Source: Phoronis australis (lineage: Eukaryota > Animalia > Phoronida). Taken from it: DNA of 64,000 nucleotides. Positions 38,863 to 50,190 of the stretch are shown here, one piece after another. Within the stretch, counting starts at the first letter, position 1. Each line of letters starts with the position of its first letter. Position numbers and translations under genes: made by a program. The notes beneath the pieces were generated by a model. The model was given only the letters and a program-made list of their open reading frames with translations, did no database searches and was not told the DNA's origin. The stretch lies in NCBI GenBank assembly GCA_002633005.1, contig NMRA01000392.1, positions 252,279 through 316,278 on the forward strand, in the 5' to 3' direction.

Positions 38863-40600
38863 TGTTAAAGCCGACTTGATGAAATCCCTTGGGTAGCCAT
38901 TTCTTTCGAATGTCTCTGTCAGGTTGGTCATTTCTGCTTAGAGTGTTGTATCACTGCAGATTTCGTTTGATCTTGATGCAAGGCATTTGATTATACCCTT
39001 CTTGACTCCTTTGGTGTGGTTGGAGTTGAAATCAAGGTATCGTCTTGAGTGGGTCTTCTTTATGATAGTAGACTGACGTTAACTTTCCTTCGACACAAGG
39101 CACTAGTACGTCTAGGAATGGGAGGCTGTTGTCTCTTCTTCCATTGTGAATCTAATTGCAGGCGTTATGTTGTTCAGATGGTCAAGCAACTCTTGTGGAT
39201 TTTCTGAGTCTTGGCTGAATATTGTGAATGTGTCATCAACGTATCGTTTCCACATCTTCGGGGGTCTGCTAGCTGAGCTGAGAGTTGTTTGTTCGAACCA
39301 ATCCATGTACAAGTTAGCTAAGACTGGTGATAGTGGTGAACCCATTGCCATTCCTTGTGTCTGCCTGTAAAACTTGTCTTGGTATTGGAAGTAGGTGGTA
39401 TTGACACAGATTGTCACTAATTCCAGAATGGAGACTATTGGGAGGTTTACATTCTCTGATGGCTTGTGGTCATGTTCTAACTTTGACCTGAGTAATGGGA
39501 GAACCTCTGCTGTTGGTACACATGTGAATAGACTTTTGACATCAAAACTCACCATGGTGTCATTTGGTATAATGCTGACTGATGACAACATTGACACGAA
39601 GTGCTTCGAGTCCTTTACGTACGAGTCAGTTTTTCCAACTAGTGGGGATATGATGTTGTTGAGGAATCTAACTAGTTGGTGGCAGGGAGAACCAATGTTG
39701 CTTATAATTGGTCTCATCGGCATGTCAGGTTTGTTTATCTTAGGTTTACCTTACATGTGCGGGGCTTTTGTGTTGTTTGGGTTGATTCTCTGGAGTGTGT
39801 CGTGGTAATGATCGAACCTTCTACAGTTTTCAGGAGGGATTTGATTTTTCTTTCTACGCTCTTGGTCTTGTAAGATAGTAGATCAGTCATCTTCCTGTTG
39901 TAGTCATCCTTATCAAGTACTACTGTTGCATTGCCTTTGGCAGCTTGTAGGATGATGATGTTTTCATCCCGGGATAGGCACGTAGGGCCATGTCATCACA
40001 CCTGTTTAAGTTGTTCCTTGGCATTTTGGCTTTGGTGAGTGTTTCTCTGCACTTAACACGTATGGTTTCCTTATCAGCATCCATAATTGGCATTCTTTTT
40101 GGTCGGAAGTTGGGATTCGGCAACTGTCAGTTCTCTTCTTGATTTATTCACAACCACCCCTTGCATATGTGGTCTCTCCCTGTTTTGTTCTCCTTTCAGC
40201 TTGTTGAATTTCAGGACCTGACATTGTTTGATCTGTCGTAGTTGTCTTTTGATCTCGAGACTGCATTTTCCAACCGTATAGTCCTCTACATGGAACATGG
40301 TTTCAAGATGGTCCTTGATTTGACTGATTTTAGCTGTTGTGACCCATTTCTGCTGTCTGGTAGTCAATTTGCTCCCTCGTCAATGCTAGAGAGGTACGTG
40401 TACAGATACGTCTTGCCCTTTGGCTAGACTGGTTGACTTTCAGTGTGAAGGCCTTTGGAATGACATGGTTATCTCTACATTGCATTAGGAATGTCAGGCT
40501 GTTGTGTTCCCTACCAAGTTTAAACTGTGCCTTCTCTAAGTGTCTAAATGCGGTTATTACTTCGGGAACATACCGATCGCATAATGACTTACTAAAATCG
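38863..40600 (-). pseudogene. PLE ORF: N-terminus, reverse transcriptase and thumb, frameshifted
   Basis: LTFLMQCRDNHVIPK; VVVNKSRRELT; PMRPIIS; MVSFDVKSLFTCVP; QTQGMAMGSPLSPVLANLYM; WKRYVDDTF; IRFTMEEE. Confidence 0.92.
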
Positions 40601-40789
40601 CTCTGAGTTGGTGGTGTATTACATCGTCAGGTGTTCCCACATTCTTAGAAGAACGAGCACGGATACGTGGTACACTCATGGTGTGATTTTTTTGTGCGAG
40701 GCAGGATTTGAACTCACGACTTCTGAAACTACAGATATTTTATTCGAGTCATCCAATTACTTAGAGGGAATTTTATTATACTTAAACTT

Positions 40790-41095
40790 TCCTAAGTAGA
40801 CTGAGCCAGGTGTCACTCAGTGGTTGTTTGCTAATGGCTGACTGAAGACATTGCCTTGTACTTTCATGTACATGGCTTCCTTGATCTTTCTCTTGGTCCA
40901 ACCTGTTTCGCTGTCAAGTATTTGGATGTTATTCCACTGGATGTTGTGTTGTTTCTGCTACTCCTGATGAGGTATTACCTTCTCTACAACACCTCTTATG
41001 CTCAGCAATTCTTGTCTCCAGTGGTCTTAACGTTTCACCGATATATTATTCACCACATTCATGTGAGATTTCATAGATGACATTTTTCTTTTTTC
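40790..41095 (-). pseudogene. PLE GIY-YIG endonuclease domain (stop and frameshift)
   Basis: Reads KNVIYEISHECGE*YIGETLRPLETRIAEHKR..SGVAE..HNIQWNNIQILDSETGWTKRKIKEAMYM..LSDTWLSLL. Confidence 0.9.
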
Positions 41096-41099
41096 CTAT

Positions 41100-41516
41100 G
41101 TTCGCAGAAACTTCTATATAACCCCATGAATATGTTTGCGGCAAGCTTGCAGCAATGTGTGCGGCTGGGTTGCAGGAACTGTTCCATATAAGGACATAGA
41201 GATGTTTGCGGCAAGCTTTCAGCAATGTGTGCGGCTGGGTTGCAGGAACTGTTCCATATAAGGGCATAGAGATGTTTGCTGCAAGCTTGCGGCAAACTTC
41301 ATTTGCATGGTAAAAGTTTGCTGCATGTTTGCGGCAAGCATGCCGCAAGTTTGCGGCAATGTTTGCGGCTGGGTTGCAGGAAATTTGCATCCTCTCTTTG
41401 GTCAGAGTTGATTTTACGTGTTTGCGGCTGGTTTGCAGAAACTTTTGCAGCAAGCTTGCCGCAACTTTGCGGCAAGCTTGCAGCAAGTGTTTGCAGGAAG
41501 GCTTTTTTGGTATGGG
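41100..41516. mobile_element. GCAAGCTTGC-rich repeat element (EnSpm-like) inserted in the PLE linker
   Basis: Tandem ~71-bp units and many tttgcggcaagc motifs. The right end GGCTTTTTTGGTATGGG is shared with 53798-53891. The left TIR is not seen. Confidence 0.65.
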
Positions 41517-42048
41517 CAGTTCTTCAGGTTTGACTTTTGTCAATCGCCGACCCAGTGTGTCTGAGCTGCGGTATACTGTTCTTATTTTAAATTCTCTACA
41601 TATGCGTCCTAGCTTATCGGTTATTCTGGGTATTTACAGTAAACACATAGTCTGAAGTGGGCGTTCTTCTGCCACTTTGTCTTTCCACTGCGATGTTAAA
41701 GCCGACTTGATGAAATCCCTTGGGTATAGCCATTTCTTTCGAATGTCTCTGTCAGGTTGGTCATTTCTGCTTGGAGTGTTGTATCACTGCAGATTTCCTT
41801 CGATCTTGATGCAAGGCATTTGATTGTACCTTTCTTGACTCCTTTGATGTGGTTGGATTTGTAGTCAAGGTATCTTCCTGTGTGGGTCTTCTTATAGTAG
41901 ACTGACGTTGTTAACTGTCCTTCGACACGAGTCACTAGTACGTCTAGGAATGGGAGACACTATGTCTCTTCTTCCATTGTGAATGTAATTGTAGGCGATA
42001 TGTTGTTCAGATGGTCAAGGAACTCTGGTGGATTTTCTGAGTCTTGGC
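41517..42048 (-). pseudogene. PLE RT-thumb and linker fragment
   Basis: PFLDVLVTRVEGQLTTSVY.KTHTGRYLDYKSNH..FERNGY..L*IPRITDKLGRICREFKIRTVYRSSDTLGRRLTKVKP. Confidence 0.9.
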
Positions 42049-42617
42049 TCCATTCTGGAATTAGTGACATTCTGTGTCAATACCACCCAGCTGCTTCCAA
42101 TACCAATTAAGACAAGTTCTACGAGCAGACACAAGGAATGGCAATGGGTTCACCACTATCACCAGTCTTAGCTAACTTGTATATGGAGTGGTTCGAACAA
42201 ACAGCTCTCAGCTCAGCTAGCAGACCCCCGAAGATATGGAAACGATATGTTGATAACACATTCACAATATACAGCCAAGACTCAGAAAATCCATCAGTTC
42301 CTTGACCATCTGAACAACATAGCGCCTACAATTAGATTCACAATGGAAGAAGAGACAAATAACAGTCTCCCATTCCTAGACGTACTAGTAACTCGTGTCG
42401 AAGGACAGTTAACAACGTCAGTCTACTATAAGGAGACCCACACAGGACGATACCTTAACTTCAACTCCAACCACACCAAAGGAGTGAAGAAGGGTATAAT
42501 CAAATGCCTTGCATCAAGATCAAACGAAATCTGCAGTGATACAACACTCTAAGCAGAAATGACTAACCTGACGGAGACATTCGAAAGAAAGGGATTTCAT
42601 CAAATCGGCTTTAACAT
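42049..42617 (+). pseudogene. Inverted PLE RT fragment
   Basis: QTQGMAMGSPLSPVLANLYMEWFE..WKRYVDNTF..IRFTMEEETNNSLPFLDVLV. Reverse-complement match to 38863-39432. Confidence 0.9.
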
Positions 42618-45600
42618 AAATAGACCAAGAGATTATTAATAATAGTTGTAGTACTTCTTAATAAATGTCCAAGTTCATGTTAGTCATTATTTAACTCTGA
42701 TTATACTAACATTATCAAACTGCAAAATGCTTGGCAAAACTATCATGTGGTCTTAGGTAACCAGGAGCCCACAGTGAGTTGGCTCAGACTGTAGCAAGGG
42801 TTTCTTCGATGGTGGATCAATCAAAAGATATTTAGTCTTCTGATAGCTATTCATTTGGTGGTGTTTCTCTCATTCTTATCTTCATTGTCTAAATCATTGA
42901 TACTTGCATACTGCATTCATCAAAAATGCTTTCGCTCTTACTGAGTGTTCTCTAAGTAGTGTCTCACTATGACAGCTCATTCAATCATGGACAAATGGGA
43001 GAGATAAATCTTTTATTTTTGTGTTTGCGTGCCATCATGATTTTTACTTTCACTAGACTCACAAACAGTAAATACAAAGGTGGTAATGTTTCAGTTACTT
43101 GTGAATATGCCTTTGATGAGTAAGTGGCTCCCACCGGGACGACACTAGTGAGTTCGAAAACGGCACGCTATCTGTTCACTGCAACTCCGTGGGATATTCC
43201 GCAGCAGCTGCAAGTGTCCATAACTTTATCCCGTCTATTACACGCAATTTTGAATTTCTCCGATTTGAAATCCTGAGGTTACCAGTGTCATCACGTGATA
43301 ATTTTTTGTAGCAAAGTCCTGTGCTTCTCGTCACTTGACCGCAATGTCTCTAGTTGTAAATTGAAGCCTTTGATGTTATGTTGAGTAAGTTTGAGTGGCC
43401 TCCACAGGAACTGTGCTACTGACTTCACAGATGCCACACTATCGGGGCACTGTGATGCTGTCGAATACTTAGATGTGTGTCATTGTATTTAATTAAAAAA
43501 CTTTGTTGTCTCTAAGAAACGTTTTGAAATTCTGGCATTTGAAATCTGCACCTGTAACTGTGTGTTGAGTTTTCTTCTGGCAAAGGCCTGTATTAGTCTC
43601 GTGTCAAAAAGATGATGTTATTTGGTTCGATTAGTGCCAGCACCACCTAATTTTTTTCTTCGCCAAATGAGGTCACTGATGGGGTCGTGTGATAGGAATT
43701 ATTGTAATTAGTCTAAATCTCAAAAGTAAAAGACAAAATGACTCTCTTGTGTTGACTAGAAATAAATATGTTTAACATGCTCAAAAGTCATTTGGCCCAT
43801 TTTACGGTACTCCCTCTTTAACTGTGAAGTCGTTTCACGTTTCATGAGATTTTTTTGAAGTTTTCAATTGCTCATTTTTTTGCCCATTTAAAGTTTATAC
43901 TTTCTGAATCTGTCTTGAGCTTCCTTAATGTAGGACTTCATGGATAAGTCTGTGTATTTAGTCAAATATCTGAAAACTAATTCAAGAAGATTTTTCTTCT
44001 GAAAGGAACCCTGCAGAAGTTAATTTATGACGTTATGTTAATTTACCATTAACTGGTTCTCATCATCATAGCAAAAAAGAAATGTACATTGATAGCAAGA
44101 CAATGGTATCAATAATGTGATCAAATTTTATTTGATGAAAAAGCTCAAAATGAGGTCCCGCATATGCTGTTACAGTTTTCTCAAATATGTTTTTGTTTCA
44201 TGAAACTTGTTTTTTTCATAAAATTATGAAAGTCCTGTTTTTGAATAGCCCCTCATGGAAAAGTGGGACATTTTAAAAACAATTCTTAACAGGGTTTGAT
44301 TTTATGAAGAAGGGTGTATAAAGCATGGAATCTCAAAATTTCATACGAGTCTGCTCAGTCATATCTGAGATATGATTTGGGCTTTGCCAAATTTAGACAT
44401 TTTTCAAGGGTCCTTCATAACCTTAAAATGTCACACATTCATTAATGGCGTCACCGCCATTTTGTGTGAAAACTGTATTTTTTATGTAAATTTATAAAAA
44501 CCTAAACTACTGGCTGCTTCATGTTACTTGTTGTTACTTGTATTATTCTTACTGTCAATTTGCAGGAAATAGGCTCTCACAGATTTCCCATTCGTCCTTG
44601 AAACACCACAAATAAATGTCAGCCATCAAAGTCCCCCTTTCAAATTAAGGCCCCCAAGTCTTCATTTTTATAGTCAATTTTCCGTTGTCTGAATGAAAAT
44701 GAAAAAATTGAGAGTTCCCAACAACATTTAAGATTGTACAGCAAGAGTCCAGTTTCATGTGAATCAACCCAATGTACTAATTAAAAATATAACGGTTGTT
44801 CAAATTTCCGTATATTATCGAAATTCAAAAGGCCTTGAAAATAACCCACAAAAAGCTTTGCCACTTAAAGTTGAAATTGAATTTTGTCAACTCACATATT
44901 TGGACAAATATCATTTTGTTTTAGCCAACTAAACAAGGGAAATGCAGCTTTAAATTCAGATTTCCTGGTAAATTCAGATCATTTTAAAAATATAAAATGT
45001 CAAAGTTGAAACATTGATTATTCTTACTTAAGTGTTGTCACAGGAATGAAAGAAACCCTGAGACTGCTCTCATTGCTGCATGTGAAAACCAGAAACCTCC
45101 TGTTTGGTTTCAACTCCACAGATATTTGTCAAGTTTATCCAACTTTTCCCTTTGGAGGCAGCCCTGGGAACACAGCTGTAATACTCCATTGGCATTGGAA
45201 GGATGAACAGAGGAGTGTAACTGAGGAATTTTTAAGAAGAATTTGGCAACAATGAATAACATAAAACTCCAATGACGTGATACAAAAGTACCTGAGGGAT
45301 ATTGCAGCATACATAAATGCAGTAAGATTGTTGCTGTGTCTTTCAGGACAGCCCTATTATCTAACCATGTGTCAAAGAGTTACTAAAACCAAATGGAACT
45401 TACTTTTATCTACCGTTAGCATTTATTTTGTCTCATTTCTTCTGGTAAAAAAGTAACCTAACACTTCATGAGTACTTCAATTTCAGAAACTAAGCAGTTT
45501 GAGCAATCACCAGTTAAAGTCCAAGATCAGTTTATTCTAACCTGTGTAATATTGTGTTGAAGTCACTTGAAAATGTGGCAATTAACCTGCTCCTCTCAAA

Positions 45601-46092
45601 AGGACCAAATAGATCAAGGTTCCTGATAAACAGGCTATCTTAACTATATTTAGTTCCTGTACAAATCTATTGACGAAGTATAACGTGGCATGAAATGGAT
45701 GGAGTTAAATTCTAATATTTATAGGTCAAGTTCAATTTAATTTGCAGAATCTCTCTTGATTAATACAAATCTTAATGCAAAATCTATCTTCGTAAACCCT
45801 AATTGGAATTTTAAAGCTTGTCAGCTTTTAAGATTATATTTTGGTAGAAAGGTCAACGTGTCTTAAGTTTTACATACTCCATAGTGACTCACATAAATGT
45901 AGAAAGATCTTGCACACTGCATACCAGCACAAGTAAATTAAGTGGAACAGTACAGATAAATCAGTAGGGGTTATTGCTAAATGTTTTATGTTTACATGGT
46001 GGTAGTTAGATCACAGTTGAAATTTCCGTGACATTCGACATTCGCTAGCTGTTAGTCATTAGGGTTTTGAAGGTAACTTGATTTTCATTCCT

Positions 46093-47170
46093 TATATCAA
46101 ATAAACACAGAAAAATCAGGAACAGCAACTAGGAATCGAACCACAGGTCTCTAAATTGCCGGTCTAGTGCTCTCACCACTGAGCTACTGAGGACCTTATA
46201 TCTGTGCATGTTTACAGCCAACTGTTATCACATTCATCCCATGAGCGGCGTTTTGCCTTTTTCAGGTGGGATTTGGACAATTATATATACAATCGGCAAT
46301 TCACCAGTATGTGTTAACTTATGATATAGTAAATATATAAACGCTGCGCTTGCCCAGTATATCAAATAAACACAGAAAAATCAGAACCCCAACTGGGAAT
46401 CCAATCACAGGTCTCTAGATTGCCGGTCTTAGTGCTCTCACCACTGTATGACTTAACAGTTGGCTGTAAACAGTAATTGCACAGATATCGGGTCCTCAGT
46501 AGCTCAGTGGTGAGAGCAGACTAGACCGGCAAGCTAGAGATCTGTGGTTCGATTCCCAGTGGGGGTTCCTGATTTTTCTGTGTTTATTTAATATATTTCA
46601 TTACTGGCCAACCTCAGCGTCTATATATTTACTATATCTAGTTCAAACATACTGGTGAATTGCTTATTGTATATATAATTGTCCAAATCCCGTGTGAAAA
46701 AGGTGAAACGCCGCTCATGGGATGTATGACTTAAAAGTTGGGTGTAAACATTACTTGCACAGATATCGGGTCCTCAGTAGCTCAGTGGTGAGAGGACTAG
46801 ACCGGCAATCTTAAGAGACCTGTGGTTCGATTCCCAGTTGGGGTTCTGATTTTTCTGTGTTTATTTGATATACTGGGCAAGCGCAGCGTTTATATATTTA
46901 CTATATCATAAGTTAACACATACTGGTGAATTGCTGATTGTATATATAATTGTCCAAATCCCACCTGAAAAAGGCAAAACGCCGCTCATGGGATGAATGT
47001 GATAACAGTTGGCTGTAAACATGCACAGATATAAGGTCCTCAGTAGCTCAGTGGTGAGAGCACTAGGCCGGCAATCTTAAGAGACCTGTGGTTCGATTCC
47101 CAGTTGGGGTTCCTGATTTTTATGTGCTTACGTGATATATTTCATTACTGGCCAACCTCAGCGTCTATAT
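46093..47170. mobile_element. tRNA-derived ~270-bp repeat array (three plus-strand heads, two inverted heads), SINE- or retrozyme-like
   Basis: Heads GGTCCTCAGTAGCTCAGTGGTGAGAGC..GGTTCGATTCCCAG at 46491, 46769 and 47035 (+), and 46119-46195 and 46385-46446 (-). A box and B box are intact. Confidence 0.85.
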
Positions 47171-49738
47171 AATTATTCTTTATGCCCTTACATATGTACG
47201 TGAGGTCTTAATATTGCTGTTAGTTCTCTCTCTGGCATCGGTCCCGCGTTTCATGCTCTATCTTTAAAACCCTTTTCAAAATCGTGAAATTTGGTGAGAA
47301 GTGTATCCCTTTGACAAGGGATGTCAATGACTTTCAGATAGATCTGACTACCGATGTTCCCGCTAGTGACAGGCATTTATGCAGGATTCCAAGATTAGAA
47401 GTCCAAATTCTCCCAAAACGTTTGGTCAAACATGCCTTATTCTCGCCAGCACTGGATTTTTGCACGTACTGCTTCGGCCATGACGCCAGGTGGTGATGCA
47501 ACCACCCATCTTATAGCAATAGTTAGACAGTGACGCAGAAATAAAAGTCTTATTGTCAAAACATAAACCATTTGATCATTGATTGAATTTGAAATGAAAG
47601 TCTATATGCAGATGTATTTGAAGCAGTATTCGGAAACATTACTCAAAAACGATTGCAACTTTCATCTTAGTGGCAATGTCGGCTATTAGTCCAAAAAATC
47701 TAGCATTGTAAACCATTCAGCAGTAATGTCCTGTCTTCCCAGGAAGCAGCAAATCCCAGTGAAGTGTCTTCGGGTAAAGTAAGTTGCATTTGTATCATGC
47801 ATCATGGTCTTGACAGTCGAGCTCTTTTTTCTCTCAATCTCATGTATTGCACGGCATTCTCATAGTCACCGCAATACAACAGCAATCAGAATTCGATGTT
47901 CTGAAGTTGGTACATCTAACAGTGAAACGGCATGACCGGAATCTTGTAAAAAATGCATAACGTGCTAGTGCACGGTTTTTTCCACCATCTTGAATAAGTA
48001 AACAAACCGATTTAGGTGGGTTTCCCATTTATTTGGACGGAAGAGTAAAGGCCTGTAATGAAACTGATATTTCTAGAAAGATATCAACTGGAATATCAAA
48101 CGTTATTTGCAGCTATGCCATCGCCAATATTATTTAAACTTCTTTAAAAGACTGGGTGACAGCTTCAGTGACTACACTGATTTTCAAATGGGCCTATTCG
48201 GAAATGATTTCATGAAATAAAATAGAGGGAGCTATGTAAAATTCGATTGTAAAGATTCATGAAATAAATTAGTTACTATGTACAATTAGATGAATAAACA
48301 AGATAAAATAGTGTGAAATAATGATGAGCTGAGACCTACATTAAAAAGACGTTAAAGCCTCCTGGTTTGTCGATGGATATATCACATTTTGCACCTCCTA
48401 AGTGGTCATTTTTGCTATTTTCGAGCATTTGTTGGCATCTGCCTTTCAATTTCCCAAACCATTTGAAGATCGTTATGCAATTTAGCAGATGTGTTCTAGT
48501 AAATGCACATGTCAATTTTGGATGTCTACACATCTGTCAGAAATGTGTAACATGTACTACTGTGTATGCGCTAAATCTTGCCAGGACCCCTCCATAAGAA
48601 ATACACAAGAATGAAATGTTATAGTAATTTAAAGATATCTCAAACTTTATTCACAAAAAATTGGCCATTTCACGCATGTCTAAGAAAATACCCTATCTTC
48701 AATCTCGAGCAACTTCAAATACGAAATATTGCCATGTAGCAAGAAAAAAGATTAAGCAGAACCACCTTGCAACCGCACAGCCATGTGGAAATTTGTTTAC
48801 TACTTATCTGAGGTCAAAGGTTACAGGGCTGTTACTCATATCAAATTTCTCACCAGGCGCAGAGCAGCTCTGTATGTACCCTCAGTTCTTTCATTCATCA
48901 AGCCGCCATAATATTAAGCAGTGTTCTCCACGACCGCTCTAATTGCCAAACGCGTGACCTGTTTAACAATTTCGCAACCGGTTTAAAAAAGGCGTCATCG
49001 TTAATAAGGTCTACACTGGTTCAAATTACGCTTGACAGCTACTGGCCATAGCCTTTTGAAACTGAATAAAGGCTCCGTGGTCAGTTGCCGCAAGCCTAAT
49101 CACGGATTTCACTCAAGCGGCGAACTGGGCCGCTAGTCTATTTATGGTGTAACGCGGCAGTTTATAAATAATCTTTCAATCATCTTTTCAATTCATCTTC
49201 TACAACTAGTCATAATCATTTGAATTTAAACAAAGGCCCAGTACCATCTATAAGCCTAATCCACAACCTGCTCAATGGAGGTGCAGTCCGGCACGAAAAT
49301 CGCTAATCGTTACTTACTCAGTGGTTAGTTCTGTGAAGTCTAACTAGTCAGCAGAAGCACCGTTGCGCAGAAGTTTTTAGAATGGCCGTTTTGGGTGGCC
49401 AGAGCTTTATTTTCGTAGCGCATTTTTCAATACTCGTGTGCTCCCCCGACAATGTCCGACTTACCGACAACAGTCTCAACAAAACTTTGCATGCAAACGC
49501 TTTTGATGACTGTCATTAGTTGTTGTTTGAGCATTTCTCACTTAGATGAATTATTATTGATTAGTTTTGGAGCCACCGGCCCATGGAGACTTACGGAATT
49601 CATCTTATTGTCTTATAAGGAGTTTTGTTCGCAGCATACGCATGAAATCTGTGGCGCGTACTCCCTCTGAAAACCTGCCAAACAGTTTGCAACAACTTCG
49701 GTAGCTGGTGTGTGCTATGTTTGCAGTTTTGGGGAGTA

Positions 49739-50015
49739 GATGTCACAAAAATATAGCTAATTTTCTCAAATTCGTTACAAAAACTTATGAATACTATAAT
49801 GCTGAAAAATTAAATGCACATAAAAACTTTGTATATGACAGCTTCTCTGCGAAATGGGAAAATTTTATTGTTCATGTTAACTTCATGTAGAAGATATTTA
49901 CTTTAAACGAGATATGAGAATGGTCTTCCTGAGGTGTGCATGCGTGAATGAATGGTGTACTTATTGGTTTGTTTGTTTTTGTAATTGTTTGTAAATGATA
50001 ATAAATACATAAAAA
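49739..50015 (+). mobile_element. 5'-truncated L1/Tx1-like LINE 3' end
   Basis: Reads ..NFLKFVTKTYEY..YDSFSAKWENF..*, then a T/G-rich UTR, AATAAA and a short A tail. Flanked by a ~45-bp direct repeat. Confidence 0.7.
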
Positions 50016-50089
50016 AACTTCGGTAGCTGGTGTGTGCTATGTTTGCAGTTTTGGGGGAGTAATTCCGAGATTTGGGACAGCTTGTGACG

Positions 50090-50190
50090 TCACTGGGTGA
50101 AGTTCAAAACATATGCCTCGCTGTGAGAAACAGTGTAGCCAAAATCATGTGCTCTCATTGAAAACATATGGTGATATCTCGCATAATCTC
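50090..50190 (+). repeat. Interspersed repeat fragment
   Basis: Reverse complement of 18498-18570 (ccaaaatcatgtgctctcattgaaa). Confidence 0.55.

Larger units (their letters stand above)
38781..42649 (-). mobile_element. Penelope-like retroelement (Penelope/Poseidon-type domain order), tandem plus inverted, decayed
   Basis: PLE RT and GIY-YIG motifs. The terminal segments are mutual inverted repeats. AGTACTTCT occurs at 38772-38780 and 42650-42658 as a candidate TSD. Confidence 0.9.

Noticed and set aside
40790-41650. Selenocysteine-recoded (Naiad-type) PLE
   Set aside because: The in-frame stops in the linker and GIY-YIG region are TAA, not TGA, and frameshifts show ordinary decay.
41046-41655. 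Overlapping 74-165 aa ORFs
   Set aside because: They are translations of a stop-poor tandem repeat, with only short ends from the PLE frame.
43790-44426. Kolobok-like right ends (..CCCTCTTTAA, ..CATAACCTTAA)
   Set aside because: No matching left TIR found, so the elements cannot be delimited.
46093-47170. Functional tRNA gene cluster or CRISPR array
   Set aside because: Heads have C33, a bulged T-stem and indels. The intervening sequences are repeated rather than unique spacers, and the context is eukaryotic.
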